A DNA stretch of 64,000 nucleotides from Coniocarpon cinnabarinum. Taxonomy: Eukaryota. Made by a program: the position numbers and the translations under genes. Positions within the stretch are counted from its first letter, which is position 1, and the number at the start of each line of letters is the position of its first letter. This document shows positions 32,121 to 44,469 of this stretch, piece by piece. The notes beneath the pieces are model-generated. The model did no database searches and was not told where the DNA came from. It saw nothing but the letters and a program-made list of their open reading frames with translations. The stretch covers positions 1-64,000 of the forward strand of contig JAVECO010000106.1 of assembly GCA_051942205.1 (NCBI GenBank), in the 5' to 3' direction.

Positions 32121-33847
32121 TTAGCGTGTAATTTGTGAGTCACCGGCTTTCTCAACGAGCAGGTATTTGTACGTCAGGACTTCACTCACCCACAATCTTC
32201 CAATCCATCCAATAGTGGCCTTGTGGCCCAGTGCTAGCTGCATCACATACATCAAATACCTCGGGATACCAGGCTCGTTGTCTGGGCGTGCTCTTTCCCT
32301 TCCTTCTTCCTCTCTCGCAGGCAATACCACGAGAGTGGGGTGTGTCCAGTGACGGCCGTAATCATCCGCATTGCAGGCTGCAACAGCTTGTTTCAGATTG
32401 CCATCCTTTCGACTGTCATGAGACATGGGCAACGGGAGTACGTAGGTCTGACGGTTTGTAATACGGTCACAGAACCAACTGAACGAGCAACGCGCGGGAA
32501 AATCGTCTGCATCAATCAACCGGACATGAATTTCGCATAACGGCAGCCACTCAGCCAGCTGCTCTATTTCATGGCGGTGGTTCTCTGTGAGACAAGTTTA
32601 GCTTTGTCTCTAAAACGACACGCATACTTTCCACGAAGCGCAAGGAGGAAGCGCACATGTCATACATACGTTCGAGATAATTTGTGCGCCAGCGGTGTCG
32701 GACGTTGGACACGTAGGGATCGATTTCGAGCACTAAGCGTTCTAAGTTGAGAGTCGGGAACGCAGCTAAGACGTGAGATAGGTGCGCATGTAGCATAGTA
32801 TCCGTATAAGGAGACACAATGCACACTACCGATAGCTTGACTCGCATGTAGCGTATGTTTCGAAGAGCGTCAGAAGAAGTCTGCGACAGCACATCGAGGA
32901 GTTCGAGTGTGCTTCCAAAACAGTACTGTACCTGTGACTGGTATGTATCTGCAATTTCTGCACAGATTCGGCGATTGGCAAGTGCTATACTAGGGATCGG
33001 CAGTAACAGCGGGTGATATGGGGCTCTCCATGGAGAGATCTCCGATGACGGTTCGTTAGAGCTGAGAAACTCCGTAAATGGCTTCAACAATCCAGTGGCG
33101 CAGCTGAATCCGCTCGACACATCCGAGGATCGAAAGAGTATCTCGAAAATTCGGACTCTGATTTCCACTGGTAACCTCATTATTGCACATGGGCTGTTTG
33201 TGTCTTCAAGACATGTCCGGGAAGTGACGCTGACGATATTTCTCTGACCTTCAGCAGGCAAGGCTCCAGCTAGATCCGCTGTGAAAGTGCCCTCATCCCA
33301 CGTGACATCCGGAGAGTCCTCCACCAAAGTAGAGCATTCAGCTTCAGAAAGTATGAGCAGCCAAAGGGATCTCAGCTTTTCTGCCCTCTGTCGAAAGTCA
33401 TACTGATCATTGCCCGGTACGACTTCGGCGCGGACGACCGCCTTCATGACCTTGTGAATTTTGGTGAGGCTTAAGTCGATATCACCGGCTAGCAATCTGG
33501 GGTTTTCGCCTTCCAAACCAACAAACAGGTGATGCGCTTCTTTGAGTTGTGCTGCACTAGGCTCTGTGTGATTATTCAAGAGCGTCCTCTGAATCTTATG
33601 ACGACAGAACAAGACTAAGATAGACTTTCAATGAAGACGGTCCATAACAACGGTAGTGAATTTGCTTACTAGATTTTCGTCTCCTGTCTTTAAATAGTCT
33701 AACGTTCTCTTCTACCCGGTCTGCTGGTCCTTTATGCGATGAATGCTCGTGGGCCTCCGTAGAAGACTCCATTCTGCCGATTTCAAACGTAAGATAGCCG
33801 TCGGCTTGTTCCAATGGGTTGCGGAGATCGTCTCGACGGCGCTTCAT
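32121..33847 (-). CDS. Hypothetical protein: N-terminal TFIIS-N/LEDGF-IBD-like helical domain plus F-box-like motif (3 exons)
   Basis: Intron 33615-33669 joins ...RRKS|ILFCRHKIQRTLL...TKIHKVMKAVV...PGNDQYDFRQRAEKLRSLW, followed by CAIMRLPVEIRVRIFEILF. A putative 43-nt intron 32585-32627 joins to the 32121-32519 frame. Confidence 0.65.
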
Positions 33848-34238
33848 ATCTACAAGTGGCTCGACATCCTAAGCGAAATCCAATATCCCAAACACAAAAC
33901 TTCGCGTTTTGCACCTTTGGAGATTACCAAGATCAGGTCAACTAGAAGCGTTCAAACGCCTGCAGAACATGTGAGCAAGTTCTATCGCTTGATCAACGCT
34001 TGACGCTATAACGACAAGCCAGAAAAGCGGTGTGTACCTGCGGAGAAAGCATCATGAATCCCTTCGGCAACAGAGCTTAGAGGCTGGATAGATTGCCTGA
34101 AATACAAGGCTACAGGATTTCAACCAGATCGCAGCGCTCTCTCATTCAAAGGTGAGTGGCTTGATCTTCATTGGTACCTCGAAAACATCATCAAAGGCAT
34201 TACTAGTTGAGATGGTGCTACGGGAGTGTCTTTACTCC

Positions 34239-36088
34239 TCACTTCTCATCCGCTTTCTCGCCTTCACCATCTTTTGGCTCCTCAACGACCTCCTCATCCT
34301 CATCTTCGCCGTCACCGAATGTGCTCATTGGTACCTCGTAGAGACGCAACAATGCCTTGTTGGGATCCTTGACGAGAACGTATTTGGCATTTTCTTTGCC
34401 GCTGTCGCCGAGTCGCATGACCATATCGACGATACTCCTAACAATGCCCCAGCCGTTGCCTACATTAAGATTCATCTGCCCGGCGAACTCCCGAGGCTTG
34501 TAGCCAAGAACACCAAGCACGACGTGATGGCCAGTATCCCGAGGTGAAACTCGCGAGATAAAGCCAAGCTTCATGAGGTCTGCGTTGGCTAGAATGGCTT
34601 GCGTGGTCCATCTTGCTAGCTTGGAGCTGTTGTTCTTCATTTCTGTCGCGACGACCGCACCTCGTTGTGACGCCAACTTCGTACGCCAGTCCAAGGCACC
34701 GCCGGATCCCTGCGCTTTGTTGTCGAACTCGTTGAGCGCGTGGATAGTGATCAGCTGTGGCTCGTGAGTAACCGAGTGAGTTGCGTGTGCATCCAATTCC
34801 GTTCGCACCACGAGATGCAGCGGCTGTTCCGCATTCTCTGATGATAGATCGAATCGCAAGTACCTGTATGCCTTGGACGCTGGATCGGCAGCCTCATCTT
34901 CACGGCTGTAAAATGGATGTGCGTTGGGCATCTCTTTCTTCGTTGACTCGTTCTCAGAGACACAGATCAGTGGGAAAATGTTATTAATGTGAGTAGCCTC
35001 TAACATGAGAGCACCAGGAGCATTAATGGAGTCTTTGTTTCCTTCAGATAGTTCAAGTGGGGCATCAGCGGCATTTTCGTTTACTGATACCATGTCTAAC
35101 GCTGATCCTTCTCGCTTGTCGATGAAGATGTTGCTTCCTCTTCTCTCGATGATGAGATCCCAGGAGTAGACTGAGCGTGGAGAGCACATCAACATTGAAA
35201 GAATGTTGTCTGTTGCAAAGACTTGCGCCGCACCACTGGCTGCGAGGTCTTGAATAATAGGGTCGGAGGACGTTGTTACATTGTATGCTGCGCGGTCAAG
35301 CACGTTCAGACGCTTTTCTGCCACCTTTGTGCCAGGCTGTTTGTCCAGTGACCGATCGTAGGCATGCAGGAACCCATGGGCAGCAAGCTCCTCACCCTGT
35401 CCGGCTTCCAGATTCAATTTGCTCAGCCGTAAGAAGTCAATCTCTTCGAGTAGAGCCCAATCTGCCTTAACATTGACACTGGCGTCACGGTTCCGCTGTG
35501 GCTTGTCATAATCTTTCCAACCAAATCTTCGCCCACCACGCCCGCGTCCACCACCTCGCTGCGAATCATTAGATTGTTGCTGCTGCTGACCGCCTCGTCC
35601 GACGCGTTGGAATGTGCCTCTTCCGCCTTGCGCCGCTCCGCGGGCGCCTGCTGCACCTCGTCCTGCACCACGTCCACGAAACACGGCTGCGCCGCCACGG
35701 CCACCAAACCCTCGACCGCGAGTTGTGCGTGTATTATCGACGACTGAGAATGTGGACTCATCTTCAGCAGCCTGGACCGAGAAGATCGAAGCTGACTGTG
35801 CACCGTAAATTTGTTGATCTGCATGATAAAATAAGCGTGTGAACGAAATAGTGATGCATCAGTCCCCAAAGCCTGCGCACCTCTGTAATTACGGCCGTAT
35901 GGCTGTCGTGCTCCTCGATCTCGATCCTGGCCGCCCGCAGTCCAATCCGCCATTCGCCCCAGTTTGTCACCTTTACTGAATGGTGCATATGGAACGCCAT
36001 CTAGCGTGGTTTCCGTAGATGATGGAGGACCCCACGAAGGCTCTGTTGGCAAGCTGGAAATTAGGTCTTGTAGTGCAATAGGCGCCAT
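34239..36088 (-). CDS. EIF3D: Eukaryotic translation initiation factor 3 subunit D (Moe1 homologue)
   Basis: [82 protein letters not shown]. Intron 35819-35880. Confidence 0.95.
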
Positions 36089-36429
36089 GGTAGCGATCGA
36101 AGGGCGTATGACAGGAAGAAACTTTTGGACGTATGGTCAAAGTCTACTATTACTTTTCGGACATGAAGCGCGGCTGTGGCAAGGGAAAATCATATCTCCG
36201 ATGAGCGGTAACCGCCCCTCTGGCTTGCAACGTGTGGGCGTCCCTGGGTTAATGTTTGAATGCCGTTGAGGTATGTTGAAGAAAATATTATCGTATCGTG
36301 CCTTAGCACGAGCTTCTCGCAAGCATCTAGCAGGAGCAGCACTGCAATGAGTGATCATTTGATCATCCTTGTCCAGAAGGGACGTTTGAACTTTTACATG
36401 GGCTCTATCTCTTTACGTAGGCTCTATCT

Positions 36430-38524
36430 CTAATTCTCAAGTCGCCACGCCCTTAACGGCAGACTCTGCAACTTCATGGCTTGAGGCTTGATGAAGCTCC
36501 AAAATGTGACCACACCTATTATGATGCAAACCACATTAACGAAGTAATACCCATCCCGTGAAATGTCGCATGTTCCTCCACCGTCAATACACCTATGTTT
36601 GTCCGCCTCCAAGGCACACGAAAAGGGCGAGGTGACTGCGGTCGCCCCAGGCTTAAGTTCTTGGAGAGGAGAGGCTGGCGGGTTGCAGGTCGCGACCGTG
36701 AAGGCGTCGACAGCCTTGAGGACAAAATAGCGAGGAAAGGTACCACCAAGGTTGGAAACACTGTATTGAATCAGTCATGTTCTCTGCACATGGATATTGC
36801 ACGGAAAGACGATAGGAGACTTACGTAGCAAGAAGCGTCATGTATGTTCCCCCAATGACTGGATCTGCGATCTTTGCGTGGAATGCAGAAATGGCTACGA
36901 ACATGACCGTGCTCATGAACGTTGAGAAGACATGCTCGAAAATCACCGTAACCAGATACCAGGAAGTGGTTCTGTCAACTGGGAATATTGAAACAGTGAA
37001 TTGTGCGAAAGCTGCAGCAATGAGCCGGCCAATGAAAGCCCAGCTCCAGAGTTGCAAAGGCGGGTATGTGGATGACCACTTTCCTGCGTAGTAGCCTAGA
37101 CCAAGCTCAAATGGAAAGTCTATTAGGACTGTGAGCGCCATGTCTTCCTGACTGAAGCCCTTGTCAAGCAGCTTGAGGTTCGTGACGGCGTCGTTAGCTT
37201 GGAAGCCGATTTTCGCAATCAGATGGATGATCACGATCATCTGGATGTTTTTTAGCTTAAGGATTCCCCACATGACTTGGTACACCTCTTTGATCCCGTC
37301 ACGCTCTTTCGTTTTCTCCTCGCGCTTCAGGACAGCCAAACCAGCTGTCACCAGCAGGTACATCCAGCCCCAGAAAGTCAAGTACCCACCCAAAGTGAGA
37401 GCACCTTCGTTCAAGGGTGTCTTACGGAGCCATGTGTTGGCGAAGTCTTTGGAATTGAATGCGAGGAAGACGGTGTGGGATAGAAATTGACCTCCTGTCA
37501 AACCAACGGTCTGCGCTGTTGAGGCGTATGAGATGTTCTTCTGAGAGAGCAGAGTGAGAGCCCAGCCTGTAGTGTATTAGCCATATGTGTACGCTCGTGT
37601 TCTTCCTCTTGAGATCGTACCGTCTACTGCGATATCTTGTGTGGCGCACGTAAATACCAGCATGAACCACCAGATCGTGAAGTTCCACACGCCCTCGCCA
37701 CCATTCGCGCCCGCCTCCTTCATCATCTCCTGCACTCGTCCACCTAAATAGAGCATGCCTATTCCGGATACGAGCTGCACTGGTAAGATCCAGCTCTTTC
37801 TTCGACCAATACGCGGGCTCCACACCGCATCCACAATAGGACTCCACAACAACTTCAGCGAGTAAGGGTATGACGCGAGTGAAAACACTCCAATCTGTCC
37901 AAAGCTCAGATAATTCTTGAGTAGAAAGGGAACACTCCCAGACGCCAAGCCCATAGGTATCCCCTGCAGAAAGTACAGCAGAACAAGCACGAGAAAGTTC
38001 CTACGATCTTGCCTAGGCAGCTCGAAAAAACCAGTGCCAGTGCTGGGCTTTGGTAGTCCTCCTGGCATTCCAGGCTCCTCGTCAAGCGAGAAACTTCGCA
38101 TGCTCATCAGTTGCGCAGTCTGGCTGGCACAGCCATCAGCGGCCGAATAGCGGCGTCGATGCTCGAGTGGAGAAACCATGTTGCCGTTTTGCTCATCTTC
38201 TCCTGAGGCCACCCGAGCCTGCGAGCGTGTGGTACGTTTCATGCGTAAAGAAAATGATGTGCTGTCCTGTGCCTCGTCCTCGTCCTCGTCGGAATGGTAG
38301 GCAGAGCGCTGATGAGTGAACGTGCCAGACTCAAGATCGACAGAGCTGGCACTGGACCGATGAGAAAGTTTGTGACGTGAGCCGCTTGATGTTGAGATAA
38401 ATTGCAATTCCGTGGAGCCGGCCGAAGTCTCGTGAGGGAACTCCTCAATCTGAGGTCCAGGGGAAGTCAAAGACAAAGAAGGGGTATTGCGATGGAAGGA
38501 AGATTCTGGGAATATAGAAGACAT
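36430..38524 (-). CDS. Acetyl-CoA transporter 1 (SLC33A1/AT-1 family, MFS)
   Basis: LLYFLQGIPMGL, YPYSLKLLWSPIVDA, GRRKSWILP, ATQDIAVDG|WALTLL, DPVIGGTYMTLLAT|VSNLGGTFP, CIDGGGTC..RDGYY. Introns near 37567-37619 and 36761-36824. Start codon uncertain. Confidence 0.92.
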
Positions 38525-38971
38525 CCGAAACCATCATTCACGCATGAAGAGTATCGCATCGGTGCCTGTTATTCGTTGACAGCTGCCCCGAAGCTGCTAT
38601 TTCGAAAGGTTTCGCACTACACGCGGAAGCCGTTCCTGTACAAATCAAGCCGCTCCTTTTTAGGTGCCCTGCATGAGCATTGTCTTTTCATGTGAATTCA
38701 ATGCTGCCATTCGAGGAACGCGTGAAATTCACTCAAATCTTATGTACCGTTTTGCTTTCGCATTTGCTCAGTGCATGGACAGCATAGCATATATAAGAAA
38801 GCGCTTCATCTCAGGAAAGCGCCACAAGTTGTGTCTTCGACTTTCAAGGTTACGTCTGCGGAGCTTTACACAAGGCCTCGTATATCATACACAGCATTAG
38901 GTAGCAAAGATGCTTCAGTCTTCAGTCCGATCCTAACTTCTTCCATTACCATTCAGCGGAAACCGTTCAAC

Positions 38972-39586
38972 CTATATTAAGACGTATGCTGCGGCGGCCA
39001 CCGCAGCACCTGCCATGGCACGTGCAGTCTGCAGTGGTTGCGCTGCCGCGGTGAAATAGCTTGCCTGTGGGCCCATGACGATGCTGGATGATGAGCTGGT
39101 AGTCGAGGATCCTGAGCCACCCAGTCCATCAAAGCCGCCAGAGGATGAGTTGGCCGAGCCATCCGGTGCGGCCGTGGGTGCAGAACCCCCAGATGAAGAG
39201 GCAGGACCGTATTTTGCGCAGATTGCATTGGTGACAGACAAGGTTTCTGCCCTCGCGTTAGTCTTAGAATCCCCTCGTGTTGTATCTGGTGGTTACCCAC
39301 TGAGTTGATCTTGCTGATCGGTACACGACTGGACTACGCATTGTGATATTTGATCCTTGATCTGGTTCTGATGCTCGGGCGTGCCTTGAACACATCGTCA
39401 GTGTATCTCCAGAGCTCCGCGTTCAAAGAGCGTCGTACACTGGCAGGTGTAGTCTTGGAGACCACAATTCGTCTCGGGAACGTATTGGATGAAACAGGGA
39501 AGTGAGCATTGTGGTAGTTGATTGGCATCTTGCGCAAGCGCATAGGAGGCGACAAAGATTCCAATGGCTCCGAAATAGAACTGCAT
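38972..39586 (-). CDS. CFEM-domain, predicted GPI-anchored cell-surface protein (3 exons)
   Basis: Signal peptide MQFYFGAIGIFVASYALA. Spliced LPQCSLPCF..NCGLQDYTCQC..ISQCVVQSC..TNAICA gives the 8-Cys CFEM spacing. S/G/T-rich linker and hydrophobic C-terminus AMAGAAVAAAAYVLI. Confidence 0.88.
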
Positions 39587-40662
39587 CTTTGCGACTGGAG
39601 CTGCGACCCTTGATAGAGCCCCGCGGGATGTGAGAAGAATAGAGAAAGGCGCAATCAGCGAGGAACGAACGACAGAACCACCACCCGCGTCACAGACGAA
39701 GAATACGGTGCCGCAAGCACAGGATAGGTGATAGCTACGCCGAGGATAAAATGGGGGTTGTCGCAAACGTTAAGTACGTAACAACGCTTCTCGACAAGCA
39801 GACGACCGAGTAGCCCACGCTAGCGCCGCCCGGTCTCGAAGAGTGACTCTGGCGTGCTGGGAAACTGCCGAGCAGCCCAATGACCCTGCAGGAGAGCACT
39901 TATTGCCCCATGCGTGGCCTTTTACATCCGTGCGCCGTCCCCTGTAGCGTCGGAAAGCCAAAATGGTATGCGGAGAAGGGTCATGCTTGCTTGGGACTTG
40001 ACAAGCACTCTTTCTGCAGAGGTGGAAATGAAACTCAAACTGAAAACGAACAAATTTGAAACGCACCGTGTACCACGGTGACTTGGGCTTCGTTTGAGAA
40101 GCAGAAGTTGAACAGAATCCCAATAGATGCCCGTGTTCTAGCCCTTTAGATCTTACTCGGGTCATGACAAGACGTTGGCCGTTTGATTTTCATCTCACGT
40201 CAATTTGAATTGGCGATGTTTCGGTCTGGGTGCCGTGCCGCTGCGGTCCACGCTAATAGGTCTGCGGGCTTTGATAGGGAAGCAAGGCATAGATCCTGAG
40301 TATCACATGTTCAGCAAGCAAGCGAGTCCATGAATTGTAGCTTGGCATCTTCGCGCTATCAAGAACCCCACTTCCAGTCCAGCTGCCTAGTATCGAGAAA
40401 GAGACTGGCATGCATCACAGTAAGGCCCTTGAAGTCAAGGTCGAGCAAAGCGTCGTCGTGCGCGCAACGAAACGACCCTCCGGCACCTCCCACCAACATA
40501 TATATTCTGGGACAGCCGAGAGCTAGGCAGACTGGACGAGCATTAAGCATCTCATATGAAATCCAGCTGTATCTTCTTGCCGATGTCAACGGACAGCTCT
40601 CGAATGTGCGCATCCACTGCAGTCGTATTATTCTGATCTATATGTGATGTGAGAAGTCACGG

Positions 40663-41627
40663 TCATCGCGCCTCCAATTTTCTCAACAACCTCTCCTCAA
40701 TTCTCTCGCCAACCCATTTTGGCTCCAGCACCTCCAAATTTTCCGCTTCCGCATCAAACAGCTTTTGCTCATCCTGTTGTCCGCCGAACATGTTCATACC
40801 CGGCTGCTGTGACTGCATCATCTGCATTTGCTGCGTGACCTGCGACGCCGTGTTGTTGCCTCCCAGGATGAAGTTGTATACTGGCTGGAGGCCAAAAAGC
40901 GTCAGGAAGTACCAAGACAGTGACGACACCCATCGTACATCCAGATCTCGTGTACCCACACCAGATTGCAACATTGATTTAAATTGAGGTGTCAGGGGAA
41001 ATGGGAGTTTTACTGCCCAACTTGTTAGCACTTTGTTTGCCGCGTCTTGGGGACATCTTCTTTTGCGTACATAGGACAAAGCCGGAGAAGAACGCGTTGA
41101 TCCATCCCATGATCAATGTCTGAGGGACCATCATTGCAACGTTGCCCTTCATTGCTCCCATCATGCCCTCCATCGCGCTCGGATCCGTCATAGGATTGGG
41201 CTTCGGCTTCCCCTTGGCGTCTGGGTCAGCCAGGTATTTGCCATCCCGAAATTGCTGCGTGATGAAAGCTCGTCTTGCGTTGAAGGAGGACGGCGGTAGA
41301 ACGGACGCGTTGGCGCGAAGGTTGGCGGCATGCATGAGATGGCGCTGTTCGCGGAGCTTGGGGAGGGCGACGGGTTTTGGAGGTGTTTGTATGAGAATTG
41401 TAAGGTAGTGGCGAAGGATGCCCGTGAGGATCTAGCACTGCAAATGAGTACGTTGAGTCTCAACAGTGTTTTTGCGAGAAGAGAAATGCTTACCATAACC
41501 AGCGTAATGGGTAATAAAATCCACCAGCTTCGGGTCATGTCAGCTTGCCATGCTTCGCCGCAACTCAAGTATATACGAACAACAGCGCCGGGTCTCTTTT
41601 GATAGACTGATCCATCGGTTGCGCCAT
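40663..41627 (-). CDS. EMC3: ER membrane protein complex subunit 3
   Basis: MAQPMDQSIKRDPAL..WWILLPITLVM|ILTGILRHY; NPMTDPSAMEGMM; PQTLIMGWINAFFSGFV; KLPFPLTPQFKSMLQSG; DVRWVSSLSWYFL. Three introns. Confidence 0.93.
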
Positions 41628-42232
41628 GTCGAATTGGCGAATGCTCAAAAGCGCTGCTGATGCGAACTTCGAGGGAGCTGCGCGCCGTGTGGATGGAGCA
41701 TTCGAAGACTTGCAAGGCTCCTCTTGCTCCAAGCTTGCTCGGCGTCAACGATTATTTCCGCTAGCGTGCACTGCTCACCGGCGCGTTCCAGGTAGGTTGG
41801 CACTTGGGTGGCGCAGCGAGTCGCAATCTTGAACATGTTCTGCACACGGCTTATAGCCAGATGATTCGAGCAGAATCGCACCTAGTATCTCATCAAGAAA
41901 TTAGTCCGAAAAAAGAGCATCTCTAAGAAGTCTGCAGATTGAGGACAATCATGTAATATTTACGCTGTAGCTTTTGCGCCATGATTTTTGATACTATACC
42001 CTGGACGAGCAACATGAACATTGTCTGCTAAAACATCTGTGCGCAAGCTTCCCGCGGAAACATCTCCATTCTCATTCCCTACTACCCTAGAACTGCGTTG
42101 TAGACGCTTCTAAACTCATCGAGATATGAAATGCATCCTTCCTAGGATCCCTTGGCGATCATACTCTACGTGCCGAACACTGACGGCGTTTCTCTACCCC
42201 ACGGGCCTTTCAAAGCGCATAGATACACCATG

Positions 42233-43218
42233 TCAGCAGTCATGCATCAAGAAATGCACCACGAACGGCTCGGAGCCGAGCAGAGAGTACGATGGAGAGG
42301 CCAAGATGCGATAGCCTTGCGATTGATAGAAAGGTGGCTGAATCAATTAGCACGAATGGCATCTTGGGAGGAGATCCTTGCACTCACGATGAAGTCGTGG
42401 ATCCGTACAAATAGCGACCCACTGTCTGCTCGAACCTACTCTCATCAGCGTTTCCCTCATCAGCAGATGACATTGCACCCGTGTTGACATACCATATCTC
42501 TCGTCGCAGCATCCAGCATGCTCCCGATCCCTTTTCGCTGATATGCGGGACTACTTCATGTCAGCTCCTCAATTTGAAAAATCAGTAGCAGGCTGACTCA
42601 CTCCACCACAATAATACTCGTCTTGTAGCAGCCCGACGTCTCCAGCCCTAACTCACGGTTCGTCTCCCCTGCTACTCGTCCCCATTCTCTGACCCGCGCC
42701 TCATACTGCTCCTTGCCAGCAAGCTGCAAAAACCGATCCCAATCTTCATTTCCTTCGTCCAATCGCTTTCACTTGTCAGCACGATGAGTATGATCTCCAA
42801 AGAAACCACAGTTCATGTGACTTACAAAGTTTACATCGTACGCATCTCTGCCTTGATCGGGCTTAAAAAAGCACCGAAACCCGCGCCATTGTCCGTCCTG
42901 ACGGGCGCCGAGGAGAATGCCAGAATGGGCGACGCGAGCGAGGTGCGAGGACCAGAATGTTTCGTGCAGCTCAATGTTCTTCTCATAGGGCGCGTTGGCG
43001 AAGAAGATGTGCAGTGCAGGGAGCGCAGCTGCGTGGATGGTGAGACAGCGGTGACGAAGAGAGCGTGCAGAGAGGGGAACCATAAGCATGGGGCAAAGGG
43101 CAAGAAAAGACTCACGTGCTTGAACGAAGGCCTGAGCAATCCATTTGGCGGCTGCGCGACATTCAAAAGGCGGCGGAGGACTCTTGGTGAGATTGACAAT
43201 CTCGACCGAGGAGCCCAT
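42233..43218 (-). CDS. GNAT-family N-acetyltransferase (about 6 exons)
   Basis: Hand-spliced model MGSSVEIVNL...IAQAF...SIIVVDPAYQRKGIGSML...PPFYQSQGYRIL...HDC*. Contains the acetyl-CoA motif A (V-x-P-x-Y-Q-R-K-G-I-G) and a C-terminal FY-x-x-x-G-Y. Five GT-AG introns. Confidence 0.8.
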
Positions 43219-43542
43219 GACCTTGAAACAGAAGTCCAAATTTGCTGAACAAACTCGCGAAGCTGGAATAGTTAAGGGGCGAAGTAAGATTATGTAAGAT
43301 GACTAGACCTCGTGCCTCACGTATTGAAGCTATCCGTCGTATTTCGTATCTGAGGCACAGCTGCTTTTGGATTAGGTCTCCTATCCGGGTATGTTCTACA
43401 CACAAGGGGTTGTCATCGCACATCTAGTGAAAAATTGCTACCCACGCCCCTCTCCTGCTGCGTAAAATCCCTCCTGTGCACTCAAGCGCCCCATTCTTCA
43501 CTTAATCGTCCCAGCCATTGAGCTCCAGCTATTTCTATTGCT

Positions 43543-44469
43543 ATGTCTTCGAAACCCTCTCCCCTCAAGAAGGCAGTACTCTTCACCCGCCTACCCATAT
43601 CCATCACCAGCCGCCTCATTGCCTCCATTCGCAAAGCCGGCTACGAAGTCCCCCTCCTGATAAATTGCGCCGCCTCCAACTATGCCGTCACACCCGCCGC
43701 TCTCTCCTCTGCAGGCAACCTCGTCGCCGACATCCTTTCTGAGGTCAGCGATCCACCTATGGTACTTACTGTTACGCGTGCCAGCCAAGCTGAGGGTCCT
43801 TATTATGCAATTGACCCCGACCTTATGATCACAATGGGGTTTTCCTATCGTATCACCACCAAAATATTGCGCCATCGCGCACCCTGCATCAACATTCATC
43901 CGGGCGGCTTACCAGAGCTTGCAGGCCCGACCGGACCTTCATGGTATATTCTTGAGCCGGAGTTGCACCCTCTCTCTTCATATCGTCTCAGCATTATGTA
44001 CATGAACAGCGAGATCGACGGCGGTGATCTTATAATGCAACCTACTGTGGTCTTGCCAGAAGGCGAGACCGCAGAGACGTTAACCACGTTCTCGCTTGTT
44101 ATGGCCGCGGTGGAAACGTTGTTTGCCAATTTTGAGGAGATGGTTCGGCGCGTAGAGAGTGAAGTGCGAGGCACACCGCAGACGAAGCTCGAGAGTCTGC
44201 CGCATGGAGGTGCGCGCGTTCTGACACATGAGGAGAGGATAATTAGGCCAGACGCGTCCATGAAGCAGGTGTCGCGTCTGGTGCGAGGAACGAACTTCGC
44301 ACAGTTCCCAGCCCTGCTGCAGTTCGAAGGAGAGTTGTATCAGGTGGTTGGATTTACAGCAGAGTTAGAGCGACCATTGGACCTGGTGGGCGCTCAAGAA
44401 CGAAGTGGCATGGAAGTTCTGCAGAAGTTCGAGGATGGAGTTGGTCGATTTAAGGTAAGGAAGGTCTGA
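43543..44469 (+). CDS. 10-formyl-THF-dependent formyltransferase (Formyl_trans_N fold), intronless
   Basis: PDLMITMGFSYRI..INIHPGGLPELAGP..W..SIMYMNSEIDGGDLI retains the Asn-x-His and Asp catalytic residues of the GART/FMT family. Confidence 0.88.
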   Translation: MSSKPSPLKKAVLFTRLPISITSRLIASIRKAGYEVPLLINCAASNYAVTPAALSSAGNLVADILSEVSDPPMVLTVTRASQAEGPYYAIDPDLMITMGFSYRITTKILRHRAPCINIHPGGLPELAGPTGPSWYILEPELHPLSSYRLSIMYMNSEIDGGDLIMQPTVVLPEGETAETLTTFSLVMAAVETLFANFEEMVRRVESEVRGTPQTKLESLPHGGARVLTHEERIIRPDASMKQVSRLVRGTNFAQFPALLQFEGELYQVVGFTAELERPLDLVGAQERSGMEVLQKFEDGVGRFKVRKV

